64,000 bases of DNA, taken from NCBI GenBank assembly GCA_037447605.1, contig CM074804.1, positions 2,914,001-2,978,000 of the forward strand, in the 5' to 3' direction. Position numbers and translations under genes: made by a program. Of this stretch, positions 10,623 through 21,644 are shown piece by piece. Position 1 is the stretch's first letter; each line of letters starts with the position of its first letter. Source of the stretch: Zygnema circumcarinatum SAG 698-1b. Taxonomy: Eukaryota; Plantae; Zygnematophyceae. Below the pieces are notes generated by a model. It did no database searches, was not told the origin of the DNA, and was given only the letters and a program-made list of their open reading frames with translations.

Positions 10623-12000
10623 CAGTAGACCCCCCCAATATTTTCGCCCCTCTTATTTTCGCTACCCAACATTTTCGCCCTGATTTTGCCAAAACCACTT
10701 TTTTGTACGGGAAGGCTGTGTTAGCCGTACTAGCCGTACTGACCGTATAGCCGTACTGTACTAGCCTTACGAACCGTACTAGCCGTATTGGCCGTACTGT
10801 ACTAACCTTAAGGTCCGTAGTAGCCGTATTAGCAGGCCTCTTCAAATAGGGGAGATCCCCTAAATATCGTAAATAGCTTATTTATGTAAGATTTTGAGAT
10901 TAGTTTACGTGATTTCAACTTAAATATCACACAAGCCCCAAAAAAGCATTTTTTTGGTTAAAAACAAAAAGGAAATGAATTGCATTTGCAACCACGATAG
11001 CAATGATGTATATGAACTTTACTTGTTGGTATAACAACACGGCTTTAGAAACTGGTGCAACCTCTTCGACTCTTATAGATTGGTAAATTTTACCAATCAA
11101 TTAGAACAACTGTGCATTTGGCAATCACAACATATAGTTGCTTATTCAAAAACCCAATTGCACTGAAACTTTGTAGATCCAATCCTAAGCTCTCTATTTC
11201 CTTTTCCATCCATCATTAATTACTCCAAGTATCACTTTAGAATCCATCATAGTCTTGAAATTTCCTCACAAAAACTCTATTCCAAATCATAACCTCTGAA
11301 ATTCTAGGTGTAGTCACAAAAGAAAAACTGAAATAGGAACTAAAATTAGAAATGAAATGAAAAATGGTCTCACTCCCTTAGGAGTTTTAGGCTGATCAAG
11401 ACAGCTATAGAAGTGATGCAAACTACTCAAAGAGACCCTCGAAGAGTGTTCAAACTATCAAACCGTTTGCAGTGAAGAATGCCTTCCAATGAAAAGTCTG
11501 TCAACCTCTTTCGAAACTCGTCTTTCTCCCATCCAATTACTGAAAAATCAGACTCGACGGTAGCAGTGTTGGGAAATGATGAAGTAAGGTCTCCACAAAA
11601 TTCTCGTCCGTACGTGCACGGTTTCGTCCGTACAGTCCATATTTACGTGTTTTTACAAAACCAAGTTAGGGGACAGTCCCCTATCTTAAGCCGAAATCCC
11701 CTATTTGAAGAGGCCTGCGTATTAGCCGTACTGTACTAACCTTACGAGCCGTACTAGCTGTACTAGCCGTTACGGGCTCAAGACTCTTCCCGCAAGTGCC
11801 GCCGTAAGAGGCGCTCGTTCCTCTCCTCTTCTTCGTGGCTTCGATACGGTACGATACGATACGACACACACGGACAAACAGTAACTCTAACCTAATACCG
11901 CCCGCCTATTGTTAACACGGACACCCTTATATTTTCGCTACCCAATATTTTCGCCCAATATTTGCCGAAACCATGGCGAAAATATTGGGGGGGTCTACTG
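10623..12000. mobile_element. Non-autonomous Tc1/mariner-type element containing a nested hAT insertion
   Basis: 26-bp perfect TIR CAGTAGACCCCCCCAATATTTTCGCC. TA TSD at 10621-10622 and 12001-12002. CCGTAC/TAGCCGTA-rich interior. Confidence 0.9.
10833..11717 (-). mobile_element. hAT deletion derivative retaining a transposase C-terminal fragment
   Basis: TIR CAGGCCTCTTCAAATAGGG; 8-bp TSD CGTATTAG (10825-10832 / 11718-11725). The minus strand at about 11600-11445 reads FCGDLTSSFPNTATVESDFSVIGWEKDEFRKRLTDFSLEGILHCK, resembling the hAT C-terminal dimerisation region. Confidence 0.88.
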
Positions 12001-12009
12001 TACAGTAGG

Positions 12010-12481
12010 GATGGCCAATCCTTAATCCTTTTTATTTTTTGGAGAACTATATACCGCCGCCCGCCCTTTTTGGTTATCCCACCACTGTTTTTTTGAAATC
12101 CCACTCTCCCATTTTGGCTATTCCGCCCCCTTCCCATTTTGGCTATCCCCCCCATTTTGGATATTTCGGAAGGGGATTCTGCTCATTCTCTCTCGCTCCT
12201 TCGCTCTCTCCTTTATCTCTCTCTCCTCTGCTCTCACTCCTCTACTCTCTCTCTCTCTCCTCTATGTTCTCTCTCCTCGGCTCACTCCTCTGCTCTCTCT
12301 CTCTCCTCTTCTCTCTCCTCTGATCCCTCTCTCTCTCTCCTCTGCTCATTTTGTAACTTTTTTGGATGTTTTTGATGTGTTTTGCAACATGTCCCTTAAA
12401 ATCCCATGGAAATTTTGAAGATTTCCTTTAAAAACGTTGATATACGCTATTAAGGGAAGTCCCTTAATTTGTAGAGGCCTG
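12010..12481. mobile_element. Orphan hAT-like end with subterminal TTTTGGCTATCC repeats and a CT-rich tract
   Basis: Ends ...TTAAGGGAAGTCCCTTAATTTGTAGAGGCCTG, an inverted homologue of the end at 29765. No matching partner end or TSD found. Confidence 0.55.
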
Positions 12482-13338
12482 GCGCTTGCCCGTCAGAGTG
12501 GTTGCCGTACGGCCGTTCTAAATGTGTTTTATAAAACGGGCTGACTTTTAGGTCTTTGATTGAAATTCTAAAACACGGCACTGCGTTATAATATCCATGC
12601 TTACTTTGTGGGCGAGGCAGGCAGAGAGATGGGAATGCTTTGTGAAAGTATTCAGCGGTCGACCAGGGTTGTTGGGCGCAGTTTTGGGCAGCTTCTGCTG
12701 GTAGCTGCCAACTGTGGACTCGTCGTTGTAATATTGCCTGAGCCTGCATGCATCCGACAGGCAATGTTTGGATGGGAGGATGGGAGATTTGCGTAGCCCT
12801 GATGCAGCTTCTTACATAGTTACAAAGATTAAAAAATTATCTTTGAACACAATGGACCAGTCGATGAAGTAACGCTGAACTCAGAATCGAGGCCAATAGG
12901 CTCGTCAATGTATGTATTTGCTCGTCCTCGCTGTGTGCATCTCTAGCAATTGCAGCAGATTTGAAGTTGCGCCCGATTGTTACATGTGGGACAAGGGCGC
13001 TATATGAAAACGTTTACTTCGACATTGGGAGATGCAGGACACGGTAACCTCGATAAAGTGTGGTCGTCGAGACATACAAATGGCACATGCAAGAACACCA
13101 TATAGTGCGCAGACCATGCTTTTTTACATTTTGATGCATCTGCTCTGCAAACGCAGAGTCCAACTCGTCTTCCTCTTCCTAACGATTGTGTTTTATTTCA
13201 GTGCATTTTTGGCAAACAAACGGCAGCCACCCTGAGAAGTCCGCGTTCTGCTATGGAACAAAGCTTTTTAGACCAAAAACGATGAAAGACCCTCTACACT
13301 CGCCTCGTCTCCAAGGCAGCTGTACATAGTCTTTCCCA

Positions 13339-15109
13339 TCACTCTGACTTCTTTATAGTCTCAGGATAAAGGACGGCCTTCGCCCCTGTCGCATCCAAAA
13401 ACTGCTTCGAAAACGGCTTCCGCCCCTTCGGAACAACAAAAAACATTCGCAGAAACAGGTCCAGAACATCGGGAGCGAACACGCGATAGTAGAGAAGTAC
13501 GCCATACCATCCTGGAACGACAGTATACCGTTGCTGACGCAGAGCGCTACTCACAATGGACTTAGCAACTTGCCTTACGCTCTCAACAGGGGCAGGCCCC
13601 ACAGTCCTCTGCACATACAGAACGGTAACATTACTCAGTACCCTATTCTGGATACGTGTGAACATGAAATATAGCAGGCTCTTTAAGTTGCAGGACGTAT
13701 ACTTACATCACGCACTTCTTCGTCAAATACGACGGACCCATACTCGTTGATAAATTTCCCAGCAGTCATTTCCGATTCCGTCCACCCTGGAAGGGCGATA
13801 GTAATGCCCTCAATAGATGACCCAAGCTCCACACGAACTGTATCGTAGAAGTTGACTACAGCTGCTTTGGAAGCCTGCAAGTTTCCATCCTCAGAGTCAC
13901 AAACAATTGCTTTGTAGCATTACTTACCGAATGCCACACCACCATCTAGCATGTACTATCATTTTGGGTACCTTCAAAACGCGAAATATAATTGAGAATG
14001 AAAGAGAGAAGTACTCAAACTACGCTTTTGTACGATTCTTACATTGTAAAGCGAGAGACGAGGGTAAGGGGTGAAAGCTGCAATAGACGCTACAACCACA
14101 ATCCGACCTCTGCTGCGTTTCAGATGGTCAAGCGCATAGTACATGGGGTAGATGGAGCCCCAAAATGTGACATCCTGAACACGCTTTGTGAAGATTACTG
14201 GTCAGCCATTGATTACTGGTTACCATTGAAATTGATAAATTTATGCAAATATTTCATGTTTCAAAAACAGCCAATTCACGTGCGATGATCATAAACGAGA
14301 ATTTTAGCACAAAGAAAAGGAAAAAATGCATCACAAGATCATTACCACTTCGTTACGGACGTGAGTTGACTTGATATCTTCAACAAGGAACGATTGAGCA
14401 ATTCCAGCATTAATCACGAGATGATCCACTGCAAGCCAAACATGTTTAGTCATCGTCAAGAGCAGCGGGTCGCCAGACAGCCGGGCCTGCTTGTGCATCA
14501 GGAGCCGCAGCTCTACTTCTAGAGCAATGTTTAACTACGATCAAGAATTATCTGAAGTTTACTGGATACGTACAACGGCGGAAAGTATCAATCGACGCAT
14601 CGATTATTCTCTTGCAATCCTCGGGCTTCCTTACGTCAGCCTGTACAATCTCTACATATGCTGCTCCATGTTGACGACATCGCCCTGCTACTTCTCGTAA
14701 TTTTTCCTCCCGCTGTGCTGCCAGAACCAGCTTCGCGCCCTTTGTGGCGTATTCATAGGCGATATGCTGCGCAATGGAGGAATAGTCAAGCTTAAGACAA
14801 AGTCGATTCCAACCAATACAAATAGTACGAGCAATACCATTTTCTTGCCCAAGAAAACTGGTCCATGTCACCGCAAGATTCCAAATACAATAATTATAAT
14901 TCAGTACAATTTGAGCACCGAGATACCTCGCCGATGCCGGAGGATGCTCCTGTAATCACCACCACTTTCCCCTTGATATTCGTTGGGAAAATTGCACGGA
15001 ATATGTAGTTCACTGCGCGAAGAAACACAAGTGTTGGGACCAGCACAAACAGAAAGGCAATCGCGCCCGGCAGCAGCGTCAAGTTCAGAATAGACTGAAG
15101 AATCTCCAT
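13339..15109 (-). CDS. HSD1: 11-beta-hydroxysteroid dehydrogenase-like SDR (steroleosin/HSD1 type); 6 exons, about 342 aa
   Basis: Exons 15109-14927, 14766-14574, 14428-14346, 14174-14043, 13874-13707 and 13608-13339. N-terminal hydrophobic anchor, TGASSGIG, NAG, FWGS, catalytic YNASK across a splice junction, PGWTESEMT. The exon 3 donor is slightly uncertain. Confidence 0.92.
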
Positions 15110-15566
15110 TCTCTTCCTCGCCAAAGTTTCGCGGTCCCCTCTCCACAGTACTACTCAAGTTGCGAATGTTTGAACGCCTGCGACTGCTTCGAAGAGCGCC
15201 TTCTTGCAGGGCCTTCCTGCGCGCGTCCAAGAGTGGCCGAGCGCCTCTCCCTCCCTCCCTCGCTCTCGCTTAGGGCGGCCGGGCGGGAGGGCGCCGCGTG
15301 GCGGTCTCGCTGCATTTTCTCTCTCCCTCTCTCTCCCTCTCCCTCTCGTTGCGCTGCGCTGCGCCATGCCGTGCAGGATGGCGGCGCCCACCGAGCGCCA
15401 CGCGGCGGCATGCACTGGAGACGGCGCGCCCGCCAAGCTGCCCGTCGGGTTTTTTGCCCCTGCCCGAAATATCGTCAATAGGTTTGGCGTCAACAATCTG
15501 TTTTTGGGCGCTACCTGCCCGGTTTATTCGGGCAGGTCCTGCAGAGGCAGCAAGCAGGCACAGCGC

Positions 15567-17509
15567 ATGGCGCCGGAGGAGGACACGCTCTCGAGGGGTT
15601 GGGCCATGGCCTCCGTGACCTCCTCCGAGGCAGACAAGTGGCGGCCTGCGCTGCCTCCACCCTGCATGGAGCGTTCTTGTCATCCGCTGAGTCCCATCAC
15701 GCCTCATGGTATGGCATGGCATGGTATTCCCATGTCATGGCATGCCATACACAAAGTGCGAGATTTGGAGGAAGCGAAAGGTGAGGGCTAAGTCAATGCT
15801 GTAGCCGCAGAGAGGAGATGTTCTTCTGATATTTCAAAGGAGACATATAGTGCTGCCATTTTCGTTTTCATAATGGCAGGGTTCAGCATTGAGGAAGCTG
15901 TGTTCTGTTTAGGGTTTGGAGTGCTGGGAGGACTGTTAGTCGGAGTCGGCCATGGACTTTTGGAAGTCTTTTGGTTCACTTTACTGTCCGCCTTGCAGCG
16001 GAGAAAGTATGTAGAAAGGTTGGCGCCTTCATTTGAAGTGACAATGGACAGCTATCGGCGGGAGAGCTTCTTTGCGGTGGCGCTGTCCCACATTCCTCTC
16101 TTCATTGGCTTGATGGCTGCAAGGTAACTTGCCTTTACGGTACAAAAGCCACTTTATTTAAAAAAGTAGTGGAAAATCTGCGTCCGGCATTCAAATGTTG
16201 AGTGCGCACTCGTACTTGAGAATCAGAGCCATGGCAATGAAGTCAAGAAAGGTAATAGTATGAAGGGGCCTGAGAGTTTGGGGCCATTGACCTATCGATA
16301 GGGACCACTCTAAGAACAAAGCAACTTGGTTGCTGAGCCGGAGTTAGCCCAAAGTTCCCTTTCAATGCGTTCAAAGCTTCCGAATGTTAAAATAAATGTT
16401 CCGATTGAAGCATGTTTCCTTGGATGTACGGACAACGAACCGGGAGGCTTGGACTGGATGCTAGAAATTGAAAATCCGTGCTCAGTCCTGAATGAATCGG
16501 TTTACAGTAAATGAAATCACAAGAAGTGGAGTCATGCTCAGCTGGTTCCAATCGCAGAATAAGAGGGCAGCTATGGGAGTTTACAACTGAGGCAATAACC
16601 TGGTGGCTTCTGCAATGTCTTGACAGCTGCAAAGGTTGCAGATAAAGCAGTGCTGAATCTTGGAGAGCAAGTTTTTTTGACAGACTATCTCCAATCGAAA
16701 AGATTATTAAACCTTCGTGGGCATCCCCTTCAACCTTTATCCTTAGCAGTCACATTTTCATATTGAAGCTTAGTACCGTAATCCTCAATTTTAGCCAGCA
16801 TTTACCTTTTAAAAGTACCAAATAGCAGAGACTGCTGTTCCTGTTCACACACACCCCCCTCCCCCGACCCCCGGGGTCCCTTCCTTCCTCTTTTCTTCCC
16901 CATTTCCTACATTCTTCTCCCCTCCCCTTCTCTCCCCCTCTTCTTTCTCTTCCTCGTCGTCGCAGGCATGGACTTTTGGCTCGAGCAAGGCCAGATCTCG
17001 ACATCATGGGCTCCTTGACCTTTACATGGGTCATCATGGTTCTCCATGATGCATGGTTCTGGTGTGTCCATACCGCTATGCATCACTTCAAGAGCCTCTA
17101 CATGCGCATACATCAGTTCCATCACGACTCTGGGGGCGACATCACAGTATTCAGCACTGCCTTTGGTGATGCAGCCGACATTTTCCTGATCTTCCCCACC
17201 TTTTACGCGCTGCTCTTCACGTGGATCCACCACCAGCCGCAGTGGAATCCGGTGTCGTTCATCTTTCTAGGATGGGCATTCAACGGAGTCAACATGATGG
17301 GTCATTGTGGATATGATCTGCCCGGATGGGTTTACATCCCAGGATCCTTGGGAGTGCTGTTAACCCCTGGAGCCCAGCGCCCGAAGCATCACTACATCCA
17401 CCATCTGGATCCACGGTTCAACCGCTCGCTGTACTTTACATGGTGGGACCGTCTAATGGGAACATACAGAGAGACGCACCCTAAGATAGCCAACGACAAG
17501 CATTGGTGA
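15567..17509 (+). CDS. Fatty-acid hydroxylase/sterol desaturase superfamily protein (His-box membrane oxidase)
   Basis: Exons 15567-15708 (optional; alternative ATG at 15873), 15880-16123 and 16966-17509; phases consistent. Three His boxes HTAMHH, HQFHH and HHYIHH, plus YFTWWDRLMGT. Confidence 0.85.
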
Positions 17510-18248
17510 AGAAGGCTTTGTGCACAGGCAGTTCCTAGAAAAATGTGCACGGACAGTAGGAATTATTTTTTTGGGGAAGGGAGGGAGGGGGGGGGGAAGG
17601 GAGGGTGGGGGTACTTGCACATAGAAGTGCGAGGAGCTCGTTCAGGAAGAGCCTCAATCGGTGGACGAGCATGGCTCCGCAGGAGCAGGTCCGTTGCAAA
17701 TTCCTACTATGACAACTGCGTCACAGTTCTGTTAAGATGCAGCTATACATATTGCACATTAGGAGAAGACCCCCAACGTTCCCTTTTAGGAACACCTTTC
17801 GGCCCCTTCCTGTTTCCTTCGTCTCCCTCCCTCGCTTTGTCTCTCTCTCTCTCACGCACATAGGGCAAGAGGCCCTGTCATATTGTATACACTAAACAAT
17901 GAGTGCTTTTTAGAGCACTGGCTTGTACTATATACGCAGTATAGCAGCTACATGTGCCAAATTCATTGTTGCCAATCCCATGAATGTAAGATGAAAGAAA
18001 AAATGTGGATGAAAATTTTCAAAAGCGTGGACATGGATAAATGAGAATTTGCTGAAAAATCTTGCAGCATGCAAAAAAGCATTACTTAGGAGTACGACTG
18101 GTTGAAAAAATGCACCGTTGGTCAAAAAACTACCTACTCCTGCGGAAAGAGGGAGCACGAAACTCTTACCTATCACGAAACGGGAAACAAACATAAAATT
18201 TTACGCCAAAATAAAAAAAAATCTTATCTACAAACGACAAGCTATATA

Positions 18249-18316
18249 TTCCCCGGAAATCAGTCTGCGACCTCTCGCAAGGCGAAGTTTACGCCGCAAT
18301 ACTTCACAGTGGGGAA
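18249..18316 (-). promoter_or_regulatory. Candidate type II SECIS element in the 3' UTR of the Rdx gene
   Basis: Minus strand TTCCCC ACT G TGAA GTATTGCGGC GT AAA C TTCGC CTT GCGAG AG GTCGCAGAC TGAT TTCC GGGGAA: 6-bp helix I, GUGA/UGA quartet, about 9-bp helix II with one bulge, apical AAA and an extra mini-stem. Folded by hand. Confidence 0.6.
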
Positions 18317-18392
18317 CACGCCTTGCCTTTTCGAGAAAGGGTATTGAGTTGATCCGTCCATGAGGAAAATGGAGGGAACTCTGGCGGGCTTC

Positions 18393-19833
18393 TTATGGTG
18401 AAGGGGGGAGCGCTTTAATGGCTGCCAGCACTTCGGAAGGTTCTGGAAGGCGCTTGCTCTGCAGGGACCATGAACATGATTCCATAATTAAACTATCAGA
18501 ACCACAGTAGTTAAAAGCAGCCACAATTGATAATGCCAGACTTGTCTTCAGCTATCTCCACAGAGAAGCTAATGATGGAAACATCTTGACTTTTGCAAGA
18601 CCAAGTAGAGCTGGAATATATCCATATACCTGAAGACGGGAGAAGATGACAATCCCTCCACTCGAGACCTCAAAAGCTCCGCTTCTGCGCGTCACCTCCG
18701 ACCCAAATTTACCATTATCCACCCTTCAATCCAAGCAATCAAAGGAGCTAATATCTGTCGAACCGGAAAAAGCTGTCAAAGTGAGCCAATATAGGTCACA
18801 CTGAAAGCTCTGATTGCTTTCGTCAAACACAATGAAATTCTATACTGCACAAACCATCCTAAGCGACATCCCTGCATTATTTTCTCAGACAAGAAGATGA
18901 AGGATGCACGGACAAGTTGTTTCACTTAAAGCGAACCAAGCTAGGAAAATAGCTTATTCATTCGATCTTATTCATTCTGAAATGAAGTGATTGCTTAAGA
19001 ATTACAAGGCCAAATGACAACACGCAAAATGTATGTACCGTGGTTGCACGCCTTCCGGATTGCCAGAAACCATAAGCTCTGGATGTGCATCCTCTGTGAT
19101 GAAGGAATGGGGCCAAAAAAAAAGAATAAACGTTAACTTGAAAATTAGAATAAGCGCAAGTAAATATAAGTGTGATAGCATAAAAAGCGTGAAATACAGA
19201 GATTGCTAACCCTTTAGGCGAAGTTTAATGGAATACGCACCTATCATATCTGCGAGCTCTATGAAGAAGTCGGTAAGATCCTCATCCTCCGAATACTCCA
19301 CCACTACCTGCACAACAAAGAACATATGCATAAAACAAGTCTTGAATTTCACTCGCACTCAGGGCAAAAGCAGCCTTCAGGAGTGCACACTATGCAGTCA
19401 TTTTGACGTGCAAAGCCTCCTTTCACTCAAAGCCATTGCACACTGATCTGCGACTGCAGCCAAGCTCAATTCCTGCTGTTCTTCCTGACACATTTAGCGT
19501 GATTCAATCACAAGTCCGCACTCTCCACCCTGCTCTTCTCCCAGTAACCTTCTCTCCCTCCCTCCGTCCCTCCCTCTCACAAACCTCTCTAGGAGGTGGA
19601 GCATCCAGTCCTGCTCGTCATGCAAACCGGCGCTCTCCCAAGCTCCAATGGCTACCCTGCACGTCCCTCCCACTTCTCCCTCTCCTGTCTCCGCCCTGCA
19701 GAGAAGGTACGCCTGCAGCAAGCCGCCATGGCCGCGGAGATTCCAGTGTTCTAGCTGGCAGTTGCAGCCATGACGGAAGCCTCCGAGTGGGAGCGGCGCG
19801 GGCCGCCCTGCGGAGGGCGGTCGCGAGCAGCAT
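18393..19833 (-). CDS. Rdx-family (SelW/SelT/SelH/MIEN1-like thioredoxin fold) protein with an in-frame TGA; 5 exons, 163 aa if TGA is read through
   Basis: Exons 19833-19585, 19307-19241, 19093-19039, 18684-18630 and 18458-18393; GT-AG and phase-consistent. Domain VVVEYSEDEDLTDFFIELADMIEDAHPELMVSGNPEGVQPRSGAFEVSSGGIVIFSRLQSKRLPEPSEVLAAIKAL. TGA at 19618-19620 (codon 72). Arg/Ala-rich N-terminus resembles an organellar presequence. Exon 1 is less certain than exons 2-5. Confidence 0.75.
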
Positions 19834-20302
19834 TGCCTTCCGCCAGGCGAGCAGCTGCGGCAGCTGCAGGTGGAGGTGGAGCTGGAGGTGAAGATGGCAC
19901 CTCCGGAATTTCAGACGTGTGCTCGCGAAACCTGATGGACCTGGAAGGGAGACTTAGCCCGATTCATCGTCTTCAAGGCGCATGGTTAATCGGCGTTGGT
20001 CTCACGCTGGCGATACGCCGCCGAGTGTGTGTTGCGGACAAGCACTGGACCGCATGGAGCGGAGAACCACGAGGGGAGGGAGACCGACCTTCGCAGCCAA
20101 AATCGGCAATCACAATTCATCGTTGGAAGGATCACTGCGTGTAGTTGCACGCTCAACACCGAAGCCGCAGTTGCGTGAGGCCCACGGAACTAGCCAACAG
20201 CGCACATGGAGCGCCCGCCGCCTCCAGGCCGCAGCGGGCGGGCGGGCGGGCAGACAGCGGGGCGGCGCCTCCGCGGTCACCGCCGGCGGCGGCACATGCC
20301 CG

Positions 20303-20362
20303 CGGGGACCACCGCGGGGACCAGCGCGGGGACCAGCGCGGGGACCAGCGCGGGGACCACTG
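20303..20362. repeat. 12-bp tandem repeat (GGGGACCAGCGC), about 5 copies
   Basis: Read directly from the sequence. Confidence 0.85.
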
Positions 20363-20611
20363 CGGGCCCACGAACGAACGGGGGACATTGTTCGCACGCA
20401 GGCGGGCGGGAGGGGGGACTCGAGGGGGCCTGCCTCGGCCTGCCAATGTCAGCAAATGCGGATGTGCCACGTGCGCCGATTGTCCGACGTGGATAGCTGT
20501 GATTGGAGAGGCGTCACAGGACGGGCGGCACTTTTGGCAGATATTTGCCCCGCCTGGTGGAGGGAGTGCGCATGCATGCAGGGAGAAAAAGGGGGGCAGG
20601 GGGCAGGGGGA

Positions 20612-20677
20612 GGGGCAGGGGCAGGGGCAGGGGCAGGGGCAGGGGCAGGGGCAGGGGCAGGGGCAGGGGCAGGGGCA
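20612..20677. repeat. (GGGGCA)x11 hexamer microsatellite with G-quadruplex potential
   Basis: Read directly; it generates the GQ/AG/CP/LP low-complexity ORFs in the track. Confidence 0.9.
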
Positions 20678-20717
20678 GGCGCTTGGAGGGGGAGGGAGGG
20701 TCGAGCGGCTCTGCCAC

Positions 20718-21644
20718 ATGGCGCGCTGCAGCAGCAAGGGAGATGTCCGGATGTCTGGGGAGGAGTGTGCTGCTGCGGTGGGAGCAGGGGCGAGGGGAGT
20801 GGGAAGAGGAGGAGGTGGAGAGGAGCTTGTTTTTGACATGGAGATTTGTGGTGGTGAGGAAGAGCGCGGATTTGGATTGAAGGATCGTGAACAAGGGGCT
20901 TCTGATGCGGCTTCTGTATCGCTGGAGAGCGCGGACGACTCTGATAACAGCAGCGTGGGGTGCAGCGAGCTTTCGAATTCCAGTCTGGAGTGCTGTTGGG
21001 GAGGGAGTCCCACCTCCCCGCACGTGCTACCGCAGTGGATGCCGAGCCCTAAGCCTGGAATGGTGTTCCAGACGGTGAGGAAGGAGGGGAGGATGGTGCT
21101 GGAAGAGATCCGAGCCGTTCATCCGAGCATCATCCGACCCGTGCGCCAGAACGGTCGCCTTATTCTGCGCGAGTATAAGCAGAGCCAGCACGCGCCTGTC
21201 TGGCAAGCCTGCCATACATATGACAGCTATGCCAGCTGCTCTGCTCGGGGCCGTTTTCGGAGTGAAATGGCTCGACTTCATAGAAGATGGTCTTTGGATG
21301 AGACTCCTCTCGCTGATGCTCCCGCTGGCTATGTTTCAAGCAAACCCCCTCTTCCCAAGGGGAGGAGAAAGGAAGCTGGAAGGGCTCAAGCAGAATGTCT
21401 AAGTTTTGAAAATGTCGGAAAGGCAGCAGATGTTGAAAGCAGGGATAAAGTTCGGTCTATCAGCGAGAGGGGTCTGGTGAGGTCACAAAGCTTACCGATT
21501 GTTTGTGGCGGCTATTCCAAGCGAGGAATGCAGGTGACTCGAGCTACCGAAAGACCGGAGCTGGCGGATGACATGATGTGTCTGTTGGAGGTGGCGGCGG
21601 AGAGTCTGCGGCAAGGGAAGGAGGCTGCAAGAATGCGAAATTGA
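20718..21644 (+). CDS. FAF: FANTASTIC FOUR (FAF)-domain protein, single exon; start uncertain (frame open from 20145)
   Basis: PSPKPGMVFQTVRKEGRMVLEEIRAVHPSIIRPVRQNGRLILR (about 21040-21175) matches the recalled FAF pattern R-x-D/E-G-R-L-x-L...R-x-D/N-G-R-L-x-L, preceded by an acidic/Ser-rich region. Confidence 0.7.
   Translation: MARCSSKGDVRMSGEECAAAVGAGARGVGRGGGGEELVFDMEICGGEEERGFGLKDREQGASDAASVSLESADDSDNSSVGCSELSNSSLECCWGGSPTSPHVLPQWMPSPKPGMVFQTVRKEGRMVLEEIRAVHPSIIRPVRQNGRLILREYKQSQHAPVWQACHTYDSYASCSARGRFRSEMARLHRRWSLDETPLADAPAGYVSSKPPLPKGRRKEAGRAQAECLSFENVGKAADVESRDKVRSISERGLVRSQSLPIVCGGYSKRGMQVTRATERPELADDMMCLLEVAAESLRQGKEAARMRN

Noticed and set aside
19390-19476. Possible extra Rdx exon ending CTSK-TGA, reminiscent of SelH CTSU
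   Set aside because: The spacing is CxxxU rather than CxxU, the donor is weak, and the gene splices consistently without it.
19982-21023. Alternative-frame and antisense ORFs (284, 286, 169 aa)
   Set aside because: Caused by the hexamer and 12-mer repeats and high GC; only the frame with the FAF motif looks protein-like.
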